Of a DNA stretch of 64,000 bases, positions 1 to 12,070 are shown in pieces (position 1 is the first letter of the stretch; each line of letters begins with the position of its first letter). Where the stretch lies: the NCBI GenBank assembly GCA_964252035.1, contig OZ176210.1. The stretch is one strand, 5' to 3'. This DNA is from Podarcis erhardii (lineage: Eukaryota). Position numbers and translations under genes: made by a program. The notes beneath the pieces are model-generated. The model did no database searches and was not told the DNA's origin. It was given only the letters and a program-made list of their open reading frames with translations.

Positions 1-35
1 AACGTTTTCCAGATACTGTTTCATAGGTCTCTTAC

Positions 36-118
36 CAGCACGCTGCCATCAGTCCAGCGGAAGTCACTCTCATACATCTTATCGTTTAGGCCAATCCACT
101 GGTAATCATGTCCTATTC
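36..118 (-). CDS. VCAN: VCAN exon 12 (83 nt), C-type lectin domain part 2
   Basis: Acceptor tttccttttag|GA, donor CTG|gtaaga. Encodes [28 protein letters not shown] (WIGL motif). Confidence 0.97.
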
Positions 119-2193
119 CTAAAAGGAAACAGAACCAGTGATTTTTTTTAACCAACTTTCCCATAAAAGGGAATTATCTCAAAATGAAAGTATTTTCATA
201 GACTTGAATTAGCCTTCCTGTGTGTGCTTCAAAATGATTATTCTTTCACAAAGAAAATAAATGAATATCTGCAGTGTGCTCCAGCTTTTTATAACTGAAG
301 TTATTTATTTAAAAAAAATCACATTGCCACCCGCCCCCCAATGATTTCATATTTTGCTGCTGACTACTCTTAAAGAGTTGCATAGTTGGTTTGCTTTTCA
401 GATGGCTGTATATGATAAAATGCTTGACACTCGCCAGTATTTGAACAGGCTTGTTTAGTTTGTTGCACTTAAAGAAGTAAATCTTCTCAGTGCCCTTATG
501 GTATCAGACTAATAATTTATCTATGAAAACAGGTGGTGGAATTCGACATAGTACTAAGGCAATTGTTCCATCAGTGCAAGAGTGCCAAATGTACTGCTCT
601 GTTTTCTTTTGGACCACATCAGTGAGGATGAGAGGGGGGTCTTGTTGTCTGGACAGTCCAGGAACCTTCATACACATTGTCCAGGCTTGTACCCCGAGGA
701 AGTCACTTTGCTATTGCTAGCACAGTAATTTGATTTCACCCCCGAAGGCACACTCAACTGTCCCTTGAGACAGACAAATGCCAACAACTACAAGGATTTC
801 TGCAAGGAAATCTCCTCTCATCCCCTATTCCTGCATGCCCCCTAAAACTGTTCTAAGGGTTCTTCCAAGTCCCTCGAGAAGATTTGAGGAGGGTGTGTAA
901 GAAGGGGAGAGGGAGGGTAAGTGGAAATCCTCATGATGGTAGTACTGATTAGTAGATTACCACCCATGGTCACTCATCTTGATCACTACTGTTGCCATTT
1001 GCTGTTATTTTATATAGTCCCTGAATACAAATGTCCAATGACTGTGCTGATTTCACATGTACTGTGATCCAGCAACTTCAGTGCACATGCTGGTGCTCCA
1101 TTGCGTATTTTGCACCCTGATGTATCAGGCTGTCCAGCTCTTTAGAGTTGGAGAATGATGTGAGTAGATGACAGTAATTTAACCATTTTGTTATGTACCA
1201 CAAATTGTATGTAGAATATTCCCTGGAAGAGGTAAAAAGAGTGTGTCACATTTGTATGAGCACATAGAAGTTGAAAAATGCCCAATTGAAAACATAATAT
1301 TTATAATTTTTTTGAGGGAGGGAACCCTCACCCCATGCTGATTGTATTTTCTTGTTTAATATAAAAAACAGAAAATGCAATAAGCTACAAATAATGAAAA
1401 TGACCACCATAATATTTCCTTCTTAATTTTCCTAGTTATTTCTAATGTTTTACTGTGCAGTGCTGGTGTGCCGATTTTTCTTTCCAGGGATGCATATCCT
1501 CCTGAAGCAATTTTTAGAAACATTTGAAAGGAAGGATGTGCCAAACGACTTGGCAGAAAATCAACAACCTGGTGACTTCTCAGAAGACAACACAAACCCA
1601 GAACGAACATGTGTTTTCTTCCAAGAACATATTCAGGGAATGAACATCTTACCCAAACATTAACACAACATAAGCATTTTGAAATGAACCTCATGTGCAT
1701 GACAATTTTGATTTTCAGATAGCACCTGGGACTACAACCAATGTCAGCCACTTGTAGTAGAACGCAAAGTGACTGATGCAGGCGTTCTTGCGGGCAACAG
1801 TATTTTTAAAGTGCCTGGAGATGAGACTGTCTAAACAGTGAACCTAAAATAAAATTAAAACATCGGAATAAAATGCCTCATTTAATTCTTCTTCTAATGT
1901 CTTTTTCTCATGAACTAAATTCTTTAGGATTGTAAAAGATGAATCCCTCCAAAGATCAGCCATTTCTCCCACTCTAGCTAATGAGTTTGGCAGATCCTTA
2001 GAGCTGGGCTGAAAGGAACAAAGTAGCGGTCAAGGACAAAAGGTCCTCTTTTAAAAAGGATAAACGATAACACACATTTCAGAAAGCAAAACATAAAATA
2101 AAATATTTGGAGGCCTGGTGGATATTTTATTTTACAGCCATTTCCACTGCCTCTGCATCCTCAAGCACAGCGTTGGATCAAAATGCCACATAC

Positions 2194-2352
2194 GGTTCAC
2201 AAAGAGCTGTTCTTCATGAGACAGGATGCTGGTCAGATGGGCTCCCTGGAGGCGGCACTCTCTCTCTGCCGCGTCCCATGTGCGCCGATGAGCAAAGTAT
2301 TTGTAGCACTGCCCTTGGAACTTGTGCCATCCGTAATCACAGGTTTCGGTAT
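2194..2352 (-). CDS. VCAN: VCAN exon 11 (159 nt), C-type lectin domain part 1
   Basis: Acceptor tttgttgcag|AT, donor C|gtatgt. Encodes [53 protein letters not shown]. Confidence 0.98.
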
Positions 2353-2845
2353 CTGCAACAAACAATTGCAAAACTCTTATTGTAAACGGGTTGGCAATGC
2401 CCAGGGGCTGCCCATTGGCAGAGCCAATGCTGAAATGCCCAAAATGAAACATTCAGTGACAAGGGGAGCAGACATTCTACATACAGAAACGCTCAAATGC
2501 TTCACTCAAAAAAAATAAACTGAGTCTGTGAATAACATTTATGTAGTAAGTGTGTGCCTTCTGCAGATTGTGGTTTGGAAAATATTAAATAACATCAACA
2601 TTAAGGAGAGGGGGGAGACCATGGTTGTGAACAGCATAAAATCAGCAATAAAATTGCAACCATGACACAAATACAAAATACATTATACATCAGCTTAATA
2701 CACTGAAACAGCTGGATCACCCCTCAGGGTAAAGCCTGGACAAACAGGTGAATTTTAGGCAGGAGATCAAATGCCAATACTGTAGGTATCAGGCTGATGT
2801 TCACTGAAAGCATATTCCAAATAACATGCTGCTACCACACCCAAG

Positions 2846-3045
2846 AAAAGACCCTGATGTTGGGAAAGATGGAGGGCACAAGGAGAAGGGGACGACAGAG
2901 GACGAGATGGTTGGACAGTGTTCTCGAAGCTACCAGCATGAGTTTGACCAAACTGCGGGAGGCAGTGGAAGACAGGAGTGCATGGTTTGCTCTGGTCCAT
3001 GCGGTCACAAAGAGTCGGACATGACTAAACGACTAAACAACAACA
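2846..3045 (+). mobile_element. Bov-B (RTE LINE) 3-prime end, 5-prime truncated
   Basis: Encodes EKTLMLGKMEGTRRRGRQRTRWLD; (AAC)n tail; 12-bp TSD ACCACACCCAAG at 2834-2845 and 3046-3057. Confidence 0.93.
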
Positions 3046-4773
3046 ACCACACCCAAGGCCCTGATCTTAGTGAGCATAGAATGAATCACAGGAGCAAACT
3101 AAGAGCATCTCTTTGATGTCCAACTTTGAAGAAGAAATTGTGCAAGACAAGGAAGTGGTCTGGAGAAGTGAATTTTACTGAGGGTTGGAAAGTTAAGGTG
3201 CACTGGCAGAGATAACAATGAACTGACAGGTAACCTTATTACACCCAAAAGCTCTGACCCATAAACATAAAAAGAGCTTCCTGAGGACCACAGCTCCCAA
3301 GGAAGTTGCTTTCACCCAGGGAATTCTTCATCTGGGAACAACCTGGAGCCCCCTGTGCTGAGCAAAGCCCAGGAACCAGCTAGATTTAGAGATAAGGATG
3401 TGTTAGGCTACCAGTCCAGACATCAGCAGCCAAGATCTAATGGGCTCTGAGCCTGCAGAAGTGACCGATGACTTAAACAGATGGAAATGAAGATGTTCAA
3501 GACTTCAAGGAAAAATTCCTTGGGAGTAATGGTCTTCTCCTGAGTAAGGTCTTCCTTCTCCACTTCTCTTTGACAACAGTTGATAGAATTCAACAGGACT
3601 TGGGCAATCCTTTTCTACCAGAAATGTGCCTTGATTCTAAGCCACTGCTTGCCCGAAATCATACCTTGCCTGAGCCCTCATTTGAAATACTTCTTGTCTG
3701 GCAACAGACCTCAGACTGGCCTTGGATTGGTTGCTGACTGTGCCCACAATAGCTCCCTTATCTGGAAGTTCCCTTGAGACCCAGGACCCAGCTAGGACAG
3801 CAACTAAGCCACAGGCAGTGGCTCTCACTACACTAGAATCAGGACACTTTCTCATCTGAACAGTGTACAGGTTGCTTCTTCAGCAGAGGAAGCTGCTGCA
3901 GTTACATCTTCAAAGAAAGCTATTTGCATATAGAGCTTTTTGGATTTGGGCCATGGCTTGTATGTTTTCCAGATGCATACACTCAGCCATTAGCGCTAGA
4001 AAGCAGAAAGGAAATTCTACACCAGATGCCAGATACCACATTCCACGTGGAATTGCAAAGAAAAATGGAACAACCTCATCTGTGTCATTTAACGGCTTAA
4101 AATACCATGATATCATTTTAACATTTCATAGGGGAAAAAACAGCATAAATGAAGGTGCAAGCACTGCACACACTTGGGCGTCTGATCCACTTTAATTCCT
4201 TTAGCAAAACTATACCCTATGCTTGGTAGTTAAAGGTCACCTATTCCCCCCATTAACCATTGTTGAGTGATACAGTTTTAAACATACAGGGCTGGGAGGG
4301 GCTTCCTGCACTCACGCTCCATGACTAAACAAGCTCTAATCACAGCTAATGATTAAAACCCATTGTAATATCATTCAGACAACATGATTCACTGAGCAGA
4401 GATTAGCTGAGGATAGTCAGATTTACCCAAGTAATGTACATCTCAGTGAAGCCAATGGCAAAGTTTCCATTGATTTAATTCATCTCCACCGTGCAAATAC
4501 ATTTTGAAGTAGATAAAGGCAGAGGCGCAGATTTCAGATTTAACTGTGAAGAAAATTCATTCCTGATTCCTAACACTTTGAAAATGGAGACTCGAGGAAG
4601 TTCACTTCCATAATAAAAATGATGCATGAAGACTATTGTCAACAAATACTCAAAAACACTGCAGCCCACACCCTGACAAAGTTAGTCATGACTACGAGTC
4701 AAGAAAAGTGACATAGGCCAGCAAGCTGTACTCTTTCACATCTCCACATGTCTTCCTGATGCACATGTAAAGT

Positions 4774-4774
<1 letters not shown>

Positions 4775-4811
<37 letters not shown>

Positions 4812-4820
4812 TGTGTGTGT
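4775..4820. repeat. (TG)n microsatellite
   Basis: Direct reading. Confidence 0.97.
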
Positions 4821-7111
4821 AAATAATGTTTGCATCAAGTGGGTAAAGGGAGCAAAATCCCATCTAGAGCCGAGGGTCTTGTTTTTTTCTTGGAGGTTTT
4901 TCTTTTCTCACTCCTCCCACAACGGAAAAGAAAACCACTTTGCCGAATTTTCTCATATTTCCCTCTGCTAATTCTTTGTTATGGTCACCATTTCCTCTCT
5001 TCCACACCACACATAGACACACAATGCGCTGGGTATGTCCACGGTATTGTGGAGGGTGTGAAGTCGCACTGTAGCCTCTTGAGGGAGAAAAGCCCCGCAC
5101 TGAGAAACTGTAGGAGAATTTCTCCTCTCTACATAGAAATTCAGTGCATGGTCTGCCCCTGCCCAACTCCACCCTATTCCCCAACATCTCTGCCCACACA
5201 CAGGATGGAGATTAATATTGAGAAACTACACACGTGTCAGATTTGGCCCCTCCCCCCCCTATCTTATCATGCTGTGTTTGAATGTTTGAAGCACTTCCTA
5301 CACACAAGGCCTAAAATCAGAAATGAGCTGGGTGGGCAGAATTATTATTATTTTTAAGCAAGAGGTCACACTATGGGAGGGGCAATGGCTTTGTTCACCT
5401 CCCTTGTCATGTAAAAAAAGAAAAGATGCCCCCACTTCTCAATTTTCTGTATGTGAAAAGGGAAGAAACATGAATATAATACACATGGCTGCACACGTAG
5501 TTTGGTTCTAAATCTCATTGAAAGCAATGGGATTCGAGTCAGCTGCAACTGATTTGTTCCACTGGTTTCATGAATAACTTTAGTTGGACTGGGCCTGTGT
5601 GCTAGGTTTTAACATTGCAACAGGACACACATGTTATAACTAGTGAGAAAGAAAAATTAGATCCAGGTGGATTTCTGGCCCTAATATGGAAGGGTCTTGT
5701 GTTTTTTCCCACAGCCTTCATAAAAAAAAACATTATTTGCGTTTTTCATTTTGGCAATGCAGTCTTTAAGAACTGATGACTGAAAATAGCCATGGAAAAA
5801 AATAACTGTTGTTGTGCATGTTGTGCAGTTCACAGATGCAAAGCTGGAGTACTACCTCAACAGAGATTAAGACCAGCCAAACAATAATAAAAAGGCCCCT
5901 GGAGGGGACCTTTTTAAATATATTAAATAAATTTAAGGGATTATTTTCTGAAGGCAGCTGTAAAACTAAAACATAAAATAATGAAATGCACGTTGTCTAT
6001 CTTCACGTGACGGATGGTCCCGATAAGAACACACAGTAGAAAAGCGTTTGCATCAGCCTATAATTCAATTTTGCTAAAGAGAAGCAAACATGAAGCTTGG
6101 CAACGTAGCACATTTTAATGGCTTCGTGTCAATTACACTGCCAGTACCGCAGAATCCCAGAGTGGAGCTGACAAGTGGCATAAAATTCCACTGCTGCTTT
6201 GGGTTGTGCCTGAGCCCTTTACAGATGTGCTTTTTTAAAAAATCATGCTTTAGGGTGAAGGGATGGTTCAAATCCAGTGAGGATCTACACTGAGAAAAAG
6301 AGTTCCATTCTAGCCTACTTCCTAACACAAGCAGTTTCTAGGAGAAGGGATATTTGGATATTTGTGGATGTTTCAACATATAACTTTCTACCAGCATTCC
6401 AAAATGGTACAGTCCCTGCAGAGCTCCACTGCACCTTCTTTCCACAAGGTTGCACTCTACTAAATTCTGCCCACTGAAATTGATGTACCCAAGTTAACCA
6501 TGTCCTTCCATTTGAATGGGTTTATTCTAAGCAGGACTGACATTAGATACAACCCATGGGATGGTGCTAATGTGAGGTCCATATACAAAAAGAGGTCTTA
6601 GGTTTTTTTAAGTACCAAAGAGCCTGTTAGACTAGATAATCCACGAAATTTCCTGAATCAGTGAATAATTTAGATACAAATAATAATAATCCAATGCGAC
6701 CCATGTGCATAGAGATGCTTTCTTTTACAACATTCTAGGCATTCATAGTTAAAATGTATTATATAAGAATTGAAATGCAGCTTAGCATGTTTATGGTGTT
6801 TTAAAAGCTGTTTCACTAAACCCAGGAGTCATTATAGTGCAGCAGTTCATTTTTATTTATGGAGGACGGGTGTTTTATATATTCACATCATCTCTTTACA
6901 ATAACTTCAGCATGGATATTATTCTTCAGACGTATCTAAGTTATACTGTCTAGAGATTCTGAGCAGAGTTGCTTTTAAAAAATTGTTTTAGAGCTGTTGG
7001 CTTGTTGTTTTTTACTGTTGCAACAAACATTTGACTATAACCCTTGTCTTGTTTTAAAAGTCCTCTGAAAATGCGAGAAAAGCAAAGTCTGAACCACAAT
7101 TACTATCAAAG

Positions 7112-7235
7112 TCAGCGGGGTATAGTAGATAAAGCACTGGACTTAGACTGAGACCGAGGTTGAAATTGCCATGAAGTTTACTGGCAAGTCACTTTTTAGC
7201 CTACTTTACCTTAAAGGGCTGTTCTTAGGATAAAA
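7112..7235 (+). mobile_element. MIR-like/CORE SINE remnant
   Basis: gtatagtagataaagcactggacttag...gccatgaagtt...aagggctgttcttaggataaaa resembles amniote MIR-type SINEs. Confidence 0.45.
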
Positions 7236-7359
7236 ACAGTATTACTTCATGGATGCATCTCTGATGTCCTTTGGGGAAACATGGAATACAAAATGTGGTA
7301 GGTAATGGATAATTCCATTAACATTTCAACCTGCAGACCCATTTTTTAATTTCCATATA

Positions 7360-7601
7360 CAGTGGTACCTCTGGATGCGAACGGGATCCGTTCAGGAACC
7401 CCGTTTGCATCCAGAGCAGAACGCAAACCGTGTCTGCGCATGCGCGGGTCACGATTTGCCGCTTCTGCACATGCGCGTGACGTCATTTTGAGCGTCTGCG
7501 TATGCGCGAGCGGCAAAACCCAGAAGTAACATGTTCCGGGTCGCCGCAGAGCGCAACCTGAAAACGCTCAACCCGAAGCGACTTTAACCCAGGTATGACT
7601 G
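7360..7601. mobile_element. Tc1/mariner-superfamily (Tigger/pogo-like) MITE
   Basis: TIRs CAGTGGTACCT / AGGTATGACTG flanked by TA at 7358-7359 and 7602-7603. Confidence 0.85.
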
Positions 7602-7605
7602 TATA

Positions 7606-8060
7606 CCGTATTTTTCGCCCCATAGGACGCACTTTTCCCCCTCCAAAAATGAAGGGGAAATGTGTGTGCGTCCTATGGAGCGAATGCAGGCATTTGCTGA
7701 AGCCTGGGGTGCGCACCGACCCCTCTCGCTCTCCAGGCTTCAGGAAGCTCTCCGCAAGGCGCGGGAGCCCTGCGCTGGGCTCCTGCGGCTTGCAGAGAGT
7801 TGCCTGCATGCCGAAGGCTGGGCGCGCTGAGCTCAGCGCGCCCAGGCTTCGCGCAGCTCTCCGCAAGGCGCGGGAGCCCAGCGTTGGGCTCCCACGGCTT
7901 GCGGAGAGTTGCCTGTTATGGGGGCTGGGGTCGGAGGAAGCTCGGGCTTCCCCCGCCCCAGCCCCGCGCCTGGGGGGGGGAAATTTTTTTTTCCTTTCCC
8001 CCCTAAAAAAAACTAGGTGCGCCTTATGGGGCGGTGCGTCCTATAGGGCGAAAAATACAG
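7606..8060. mobile_element. Tc1/mariner-superfamily MITE (CCGTA-type TIR), GC-rich interior
   Basis: 27-bp TIRs CCGTATTTTTCGCCCCATAGGACGCAC / GTGCGTCCTATAGGGCGAAAAATACAG; TA on both sides; internal duplicated unit and palindromes. Confidence 0.88.
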
Positions 8061-8868
8061 TAGTTAACATGTTCTGTATCATTTGAAAGATAATTTTCCA
8101 AAGTTTCAAGATCTGGCAACAATTTTTCAAAATGACATTTTACACATGAGTAAAACAACCAGAAGCATGACATGCAAGATTACTCAGAATTTCTCTCTTT
8201 TTTCTTTTTTTAAAAAAAATTGGTTAAATACCTCTCTAAGAAAATAGAGAATTGGTTGATGATCCATCATTGCAGAGATAGTTTTGCTTTTTATTTGGTG
8301 AAATGACAATAAATTTTATGTTGGGGGGGAATTCAGATGAGTTTAGGACAGTAAAACTTAGGTTGCTTGATCATGTTATGTTAGTCACAAAAACACATAC
8401 TTTTATTCCCTCAACAAAAGAAAAGAAACATGTTTTGCCTTTTTCTCTTCTTTGAGGTTCTTAACATTAAGAAAATGTGGTAAGATATTAACTGAAATGT
8501 GCTTTACATGCAACATTTCTTGTGACCAACCTACCACCACAATTATGTATAAATGTTGTCATGTGTGTCATTTAAACCTCTTTCTAGGACTGTCATATTT
8601 TCTTCCCTGAGAATTTAATCATTATTAAGGGAGAAATCCTATGCAGAAGAAACTGCCATAAAGCAAGCTGGTGTAAATTAAGCCATAGCAAAGTTACACG
8701 AGATCCAAATTCTGGTGGAATCTACACATATATTAAAAACGCTATGAAAACGCTTTTTCAAAAAACATTTTGAAAAATACATAGAATTTGGCATAGCTCA
8801 CTGTCACCATCTAGTGTCACATTTGCATATTGCACTTTACAACACATTTAAAATGTCCTATTTGCAGC

Positions 8869-9231
8869 TAAAGGTAAACGTAAAGGTACCCCTGCCCGTA
8901 CGGGCCAGTCTTGCCAGACTCTAGGGTTGTGCGCTCATCTCACTCTATAGGCCGGGAGCCAGTGCTGTCCGCAGACACTTCCGGGTCACGTGGCCAGCGT
9001 GACAAGCTGCATCTGGCAAGCCAGCGCAGCACACGGAACGCCATTTACCTTCCCGCTGGTAAGCGGTCCCTATTTATCTACTTGCACCCGGAGGGGCTTT
9101 CGAACTGCTAGGTTGGCAGGCGCTGGGACCAAACGACGGGAGCACACCCCGCCGCGGGGATTCGAACCGCCGACCATGCGATCGGCAAGTCCTAGGCGCT
9201 GAGGTTTTACCCACAGCGCCACCCGCGTTCC
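8869..9231 (-). mobile_element. Sauria SINE, full length (subfamily distinct from the three + copies)
   Basis: tRNA-related head GGAACGCGGGTGGCGCTGTGGG with B-box GGTTCGAATCC; conserved core CTGCCAACCTAGCAGTTCGAAAGC; (ACCTTT)-type tail. Confidence 0.92.
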
Positions 9232-11430
9232 TGAGACCTCTGTTCAACAGCATGGCTGCTGCTGCTGCTCTGCCTAAGCCTGGTAGAAGGAAAACAAGTC
9301 TTTAAAATAGTGTTATGCAGCAGGCTGCCAGGTCACATGGCTGAACTGAGCAAGCATGACATGCAGCCTAAGTCCCCCCCCCCCCGCTTGCGTTCCTGCT
9401 ATTCCCCCCAGAATGCCCCTTTTCGGGGGCTTACATTGGCCTTGATTCAGCCAGGTGAGTCCCAGCTGAGCAAGTTGCACTTCTGTATCTTTCACGGAGC
9501 TAGGGACTTAATGTTGATCTGCTGCCCCCTAAATTGCCTATTCCAGCAGACCTTGCCAGGGCCTATTATATGTACCATCAGTGTAGACCATCTTACACAG
9601 TTTTACAAAAGGAGACAAGTGGTACAGTCAAGAAGCTTACAGTCTGAAAGATCAGTCAAGCAAGGGAAGGTAGATATAACTTCTTGCTTTTAGAAGAAAG
9701 GTAATATAATTATGTGCATAATATATATTTAGGAATCAGACACCCTTATTAGGTTAATTATAAGCAACTATGGTTTTTAGAAAAGTGCAGAAATATTTGG
9801 CTACTAGATTCCCCACTGCCACCCCCTTTCTTGAAGCAGGCAAAAGCTTCTACCAGGTTCCCCTCAGATGCATCAAGGAGGCAGATCTGTCTTAACTGGC
9901 TCTCCCTAGGTAGGTTCATTCAGAGCAGAGGTGGAGAACTGTTTTGGCACCACAGGCCAAAGTTGATGTCAAAATCCCTTCTGCTCCCATCGGAATGAGA
10001 CTGGGCTTAAAAGGGAAGAAGGAAGAAGAAGCCTTTGGGAGTCCCCTTTAAGCAAGACTGTAGGCGGAGGGACTCCCAAAGGCTTTTGGAAGCATTTGCA
10101 AGTCTCCCTCCCATTAACATTGCAGTGAGATTGGGCTTGACAGGGAAGGGAGAAAGAGCCTTTGGGAGTCTCCATCTCCCTCTTTAAGATCGCAGGAAGA
10201 TCAGGCTTAAAAGGGAGCGGTTGAGTTTGGGCACGTCTCCAGGTTGGAAACCGTAAGGCCCCTTGTTCTCACATCTAAAGGTATTTAAATGGGACTTGGG
10301 TTAGACAACCCTTCAAATAAAGGATGCCTTCAAACAGAGGACTGTCTGCTATAAAGGAAGGCACATGGCCACTCTAATCCCACTTTCCTGTCTACATGTT
10401 GTGCCCAGTTAAGCTGCCTGAAGACCCTGCTGCCAAGCAGGGTCCTGTGCAGACAAGCTCTAACTCCCCAAGATGGCTTCACTTCAGGGCATGAGACGAA
10501 ATGGGTTTAGCAAACATATAAAGCAAAAGCTTGTAAATCTAATTTAGTCAAATGGCTTTCATAAGTGGCATTGCTTCCCCCAGTCCTTCTCAGCTGTGGG
10601 AACTGAGCTAGAAGCTATTTCCAAATAGAAATGCTTCTTTCCTTCCCAAACTACAATGACTTCCAGAACTGAGCCTGTGGGGAGGGACAAGAGCAATCAC
10701 AAACATTTGGACAGGGAACTGACTCCTTTATAAAACGGAGCACTTTTGCTAACAAAGAAATCATTTATTTTCCTTAGGAAAAGGAGGAAGAAAAGAAAAG
10801 AGGAGGAAGGGGGAAGAGAAACCATCTCTGGCTATACTGCCCCAAGGAGGGTTGTCTACTCACAATTGCATCTGCGCAGTTTTGGCAGCAGGTTCACATG
10901 CACATCTGCATCTGGTAAACAGTGCAACGAAGGTTCAATTTTACTTAATGTTTTTATATATGTAAAGAAGACTTTATATAACACAGTAAGGCTGAGTTAT
11001 ACTGCCAGGAAGAAATGGCGCCAAAAGCAAAACCTGAGCTATAGGAGCAGAGTGCAAGAGAAGAAGAAGACAGAGATGAAGGCAAAGACAAAGGAAGACC
11101 ATAGTTTAAAGCACGCCTTCTACTTTGTTCCAACGGTCTTGAAATAAATATGCTGATTGTGTTGCATTACTTCAAAATAGCCACCCAATTAAAAAAGTCA
11201 AAAGCCAGTGTTAGATGCAGCCAAACCCAAAAGCAACATACCCAATCTAGCCACACACCTCCATCTACCCACACATATACAACCTCAGCCACACATATCC
11301 CACATTTGCACTGTCATTTTAAACTCCCCTCACCATCATTTGCCCTTTTTCTCATCCCATCCCTATCTGTGGTAGTTGGGGGGGGGGATGAGAATGGAAC
11401 CTTTATCTAAGAGCAATTGCAAGGGACATA

Positions 11431-11580
11431 CCATATTTTTCCGTGTATAAGACTAGATTTTTTTCCTAAACAACAATGTCCAAAATTTTGGGGCATCTTA
11501 TATATGGGGGCCATCTCCCCCCATTTTCTTAAATTGGAGTCCCCCAAAACATGGGGTGTCTTATAGACAGAAAAATAGGG
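11431..11580. mobile_element. Short MITE related to the 7606 family
   Basis: TIRs CCATATTTTTCCGTGTATAAGAC / GTCTTATAGACAGAAAAATAGGG; TA TSDs at 11429-11430 and 11581-11582. Confidence 0.75.
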
Positions 11581-11897
11581 TAATTTTCAGAAGGTGGCAG
11601 CATGGGGGGAGGAAGGGAAAAACATTTTTCCCCTGCTGTCACCCAACCATCTCTCTCTACGAAAACTCTCCCCCCATACAGTAATCAGGCTAAGAAGTAA
11701 GCTCCTGTTCATTTAATAGGATCTTTTTTACGAAACTGGGCTGCCACAGGGCTGAGAGAGGCACTGGCCCTCTGGTAGCTCAACCCCCCTCCTGTTTTAC
11801 CATCTGATCTGGCAATGAACACACTGAATCCAGTGTTAGTTGCAAACTGACGGGGAACAGTATTCAGACAGCTTTTTCACAGATGAGGTCTACCTAT

Positions 11898-12070
11898 GGG
11901 GAAAGGCCGCAGCTCAGTGATAGAACATCTGCTTTGCATGGTTCAATTTTCAACATTTATTAGAAAGGGAGGGACCCCAGCCTGAAACCTCAGAGGGCTA
12001 CTACCAGTCATTATAGATAATACTAAGCTAGATGGACCAACAGCCTGACTCAATATAAGGCAGCTTCCAC
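11898..12070 (+). mobile_element. tRNA-derived squamate SINE (Squam3-like), internally deleted
   Basis: A-box-like GCAGCTCAGTGATAGA head; 3-prime CTAAGCTAGATGGACCAA...ATAAGGCAGCTTCC. Confidence 0.65.

Noticed and set aside
4200-4440. Cluster of TAAT and SOX-like motifs suggesting an enhancer
   Set aside because: Short motifs are expected by chance in AT-rich DNA; cannot be supported without conservation or chromatin data.
9150-9231. tRNA-like A/B boxes here and at the other SINE heads
   Set aside because: They are SINE promoters, not complete tRNA cloverleaves.
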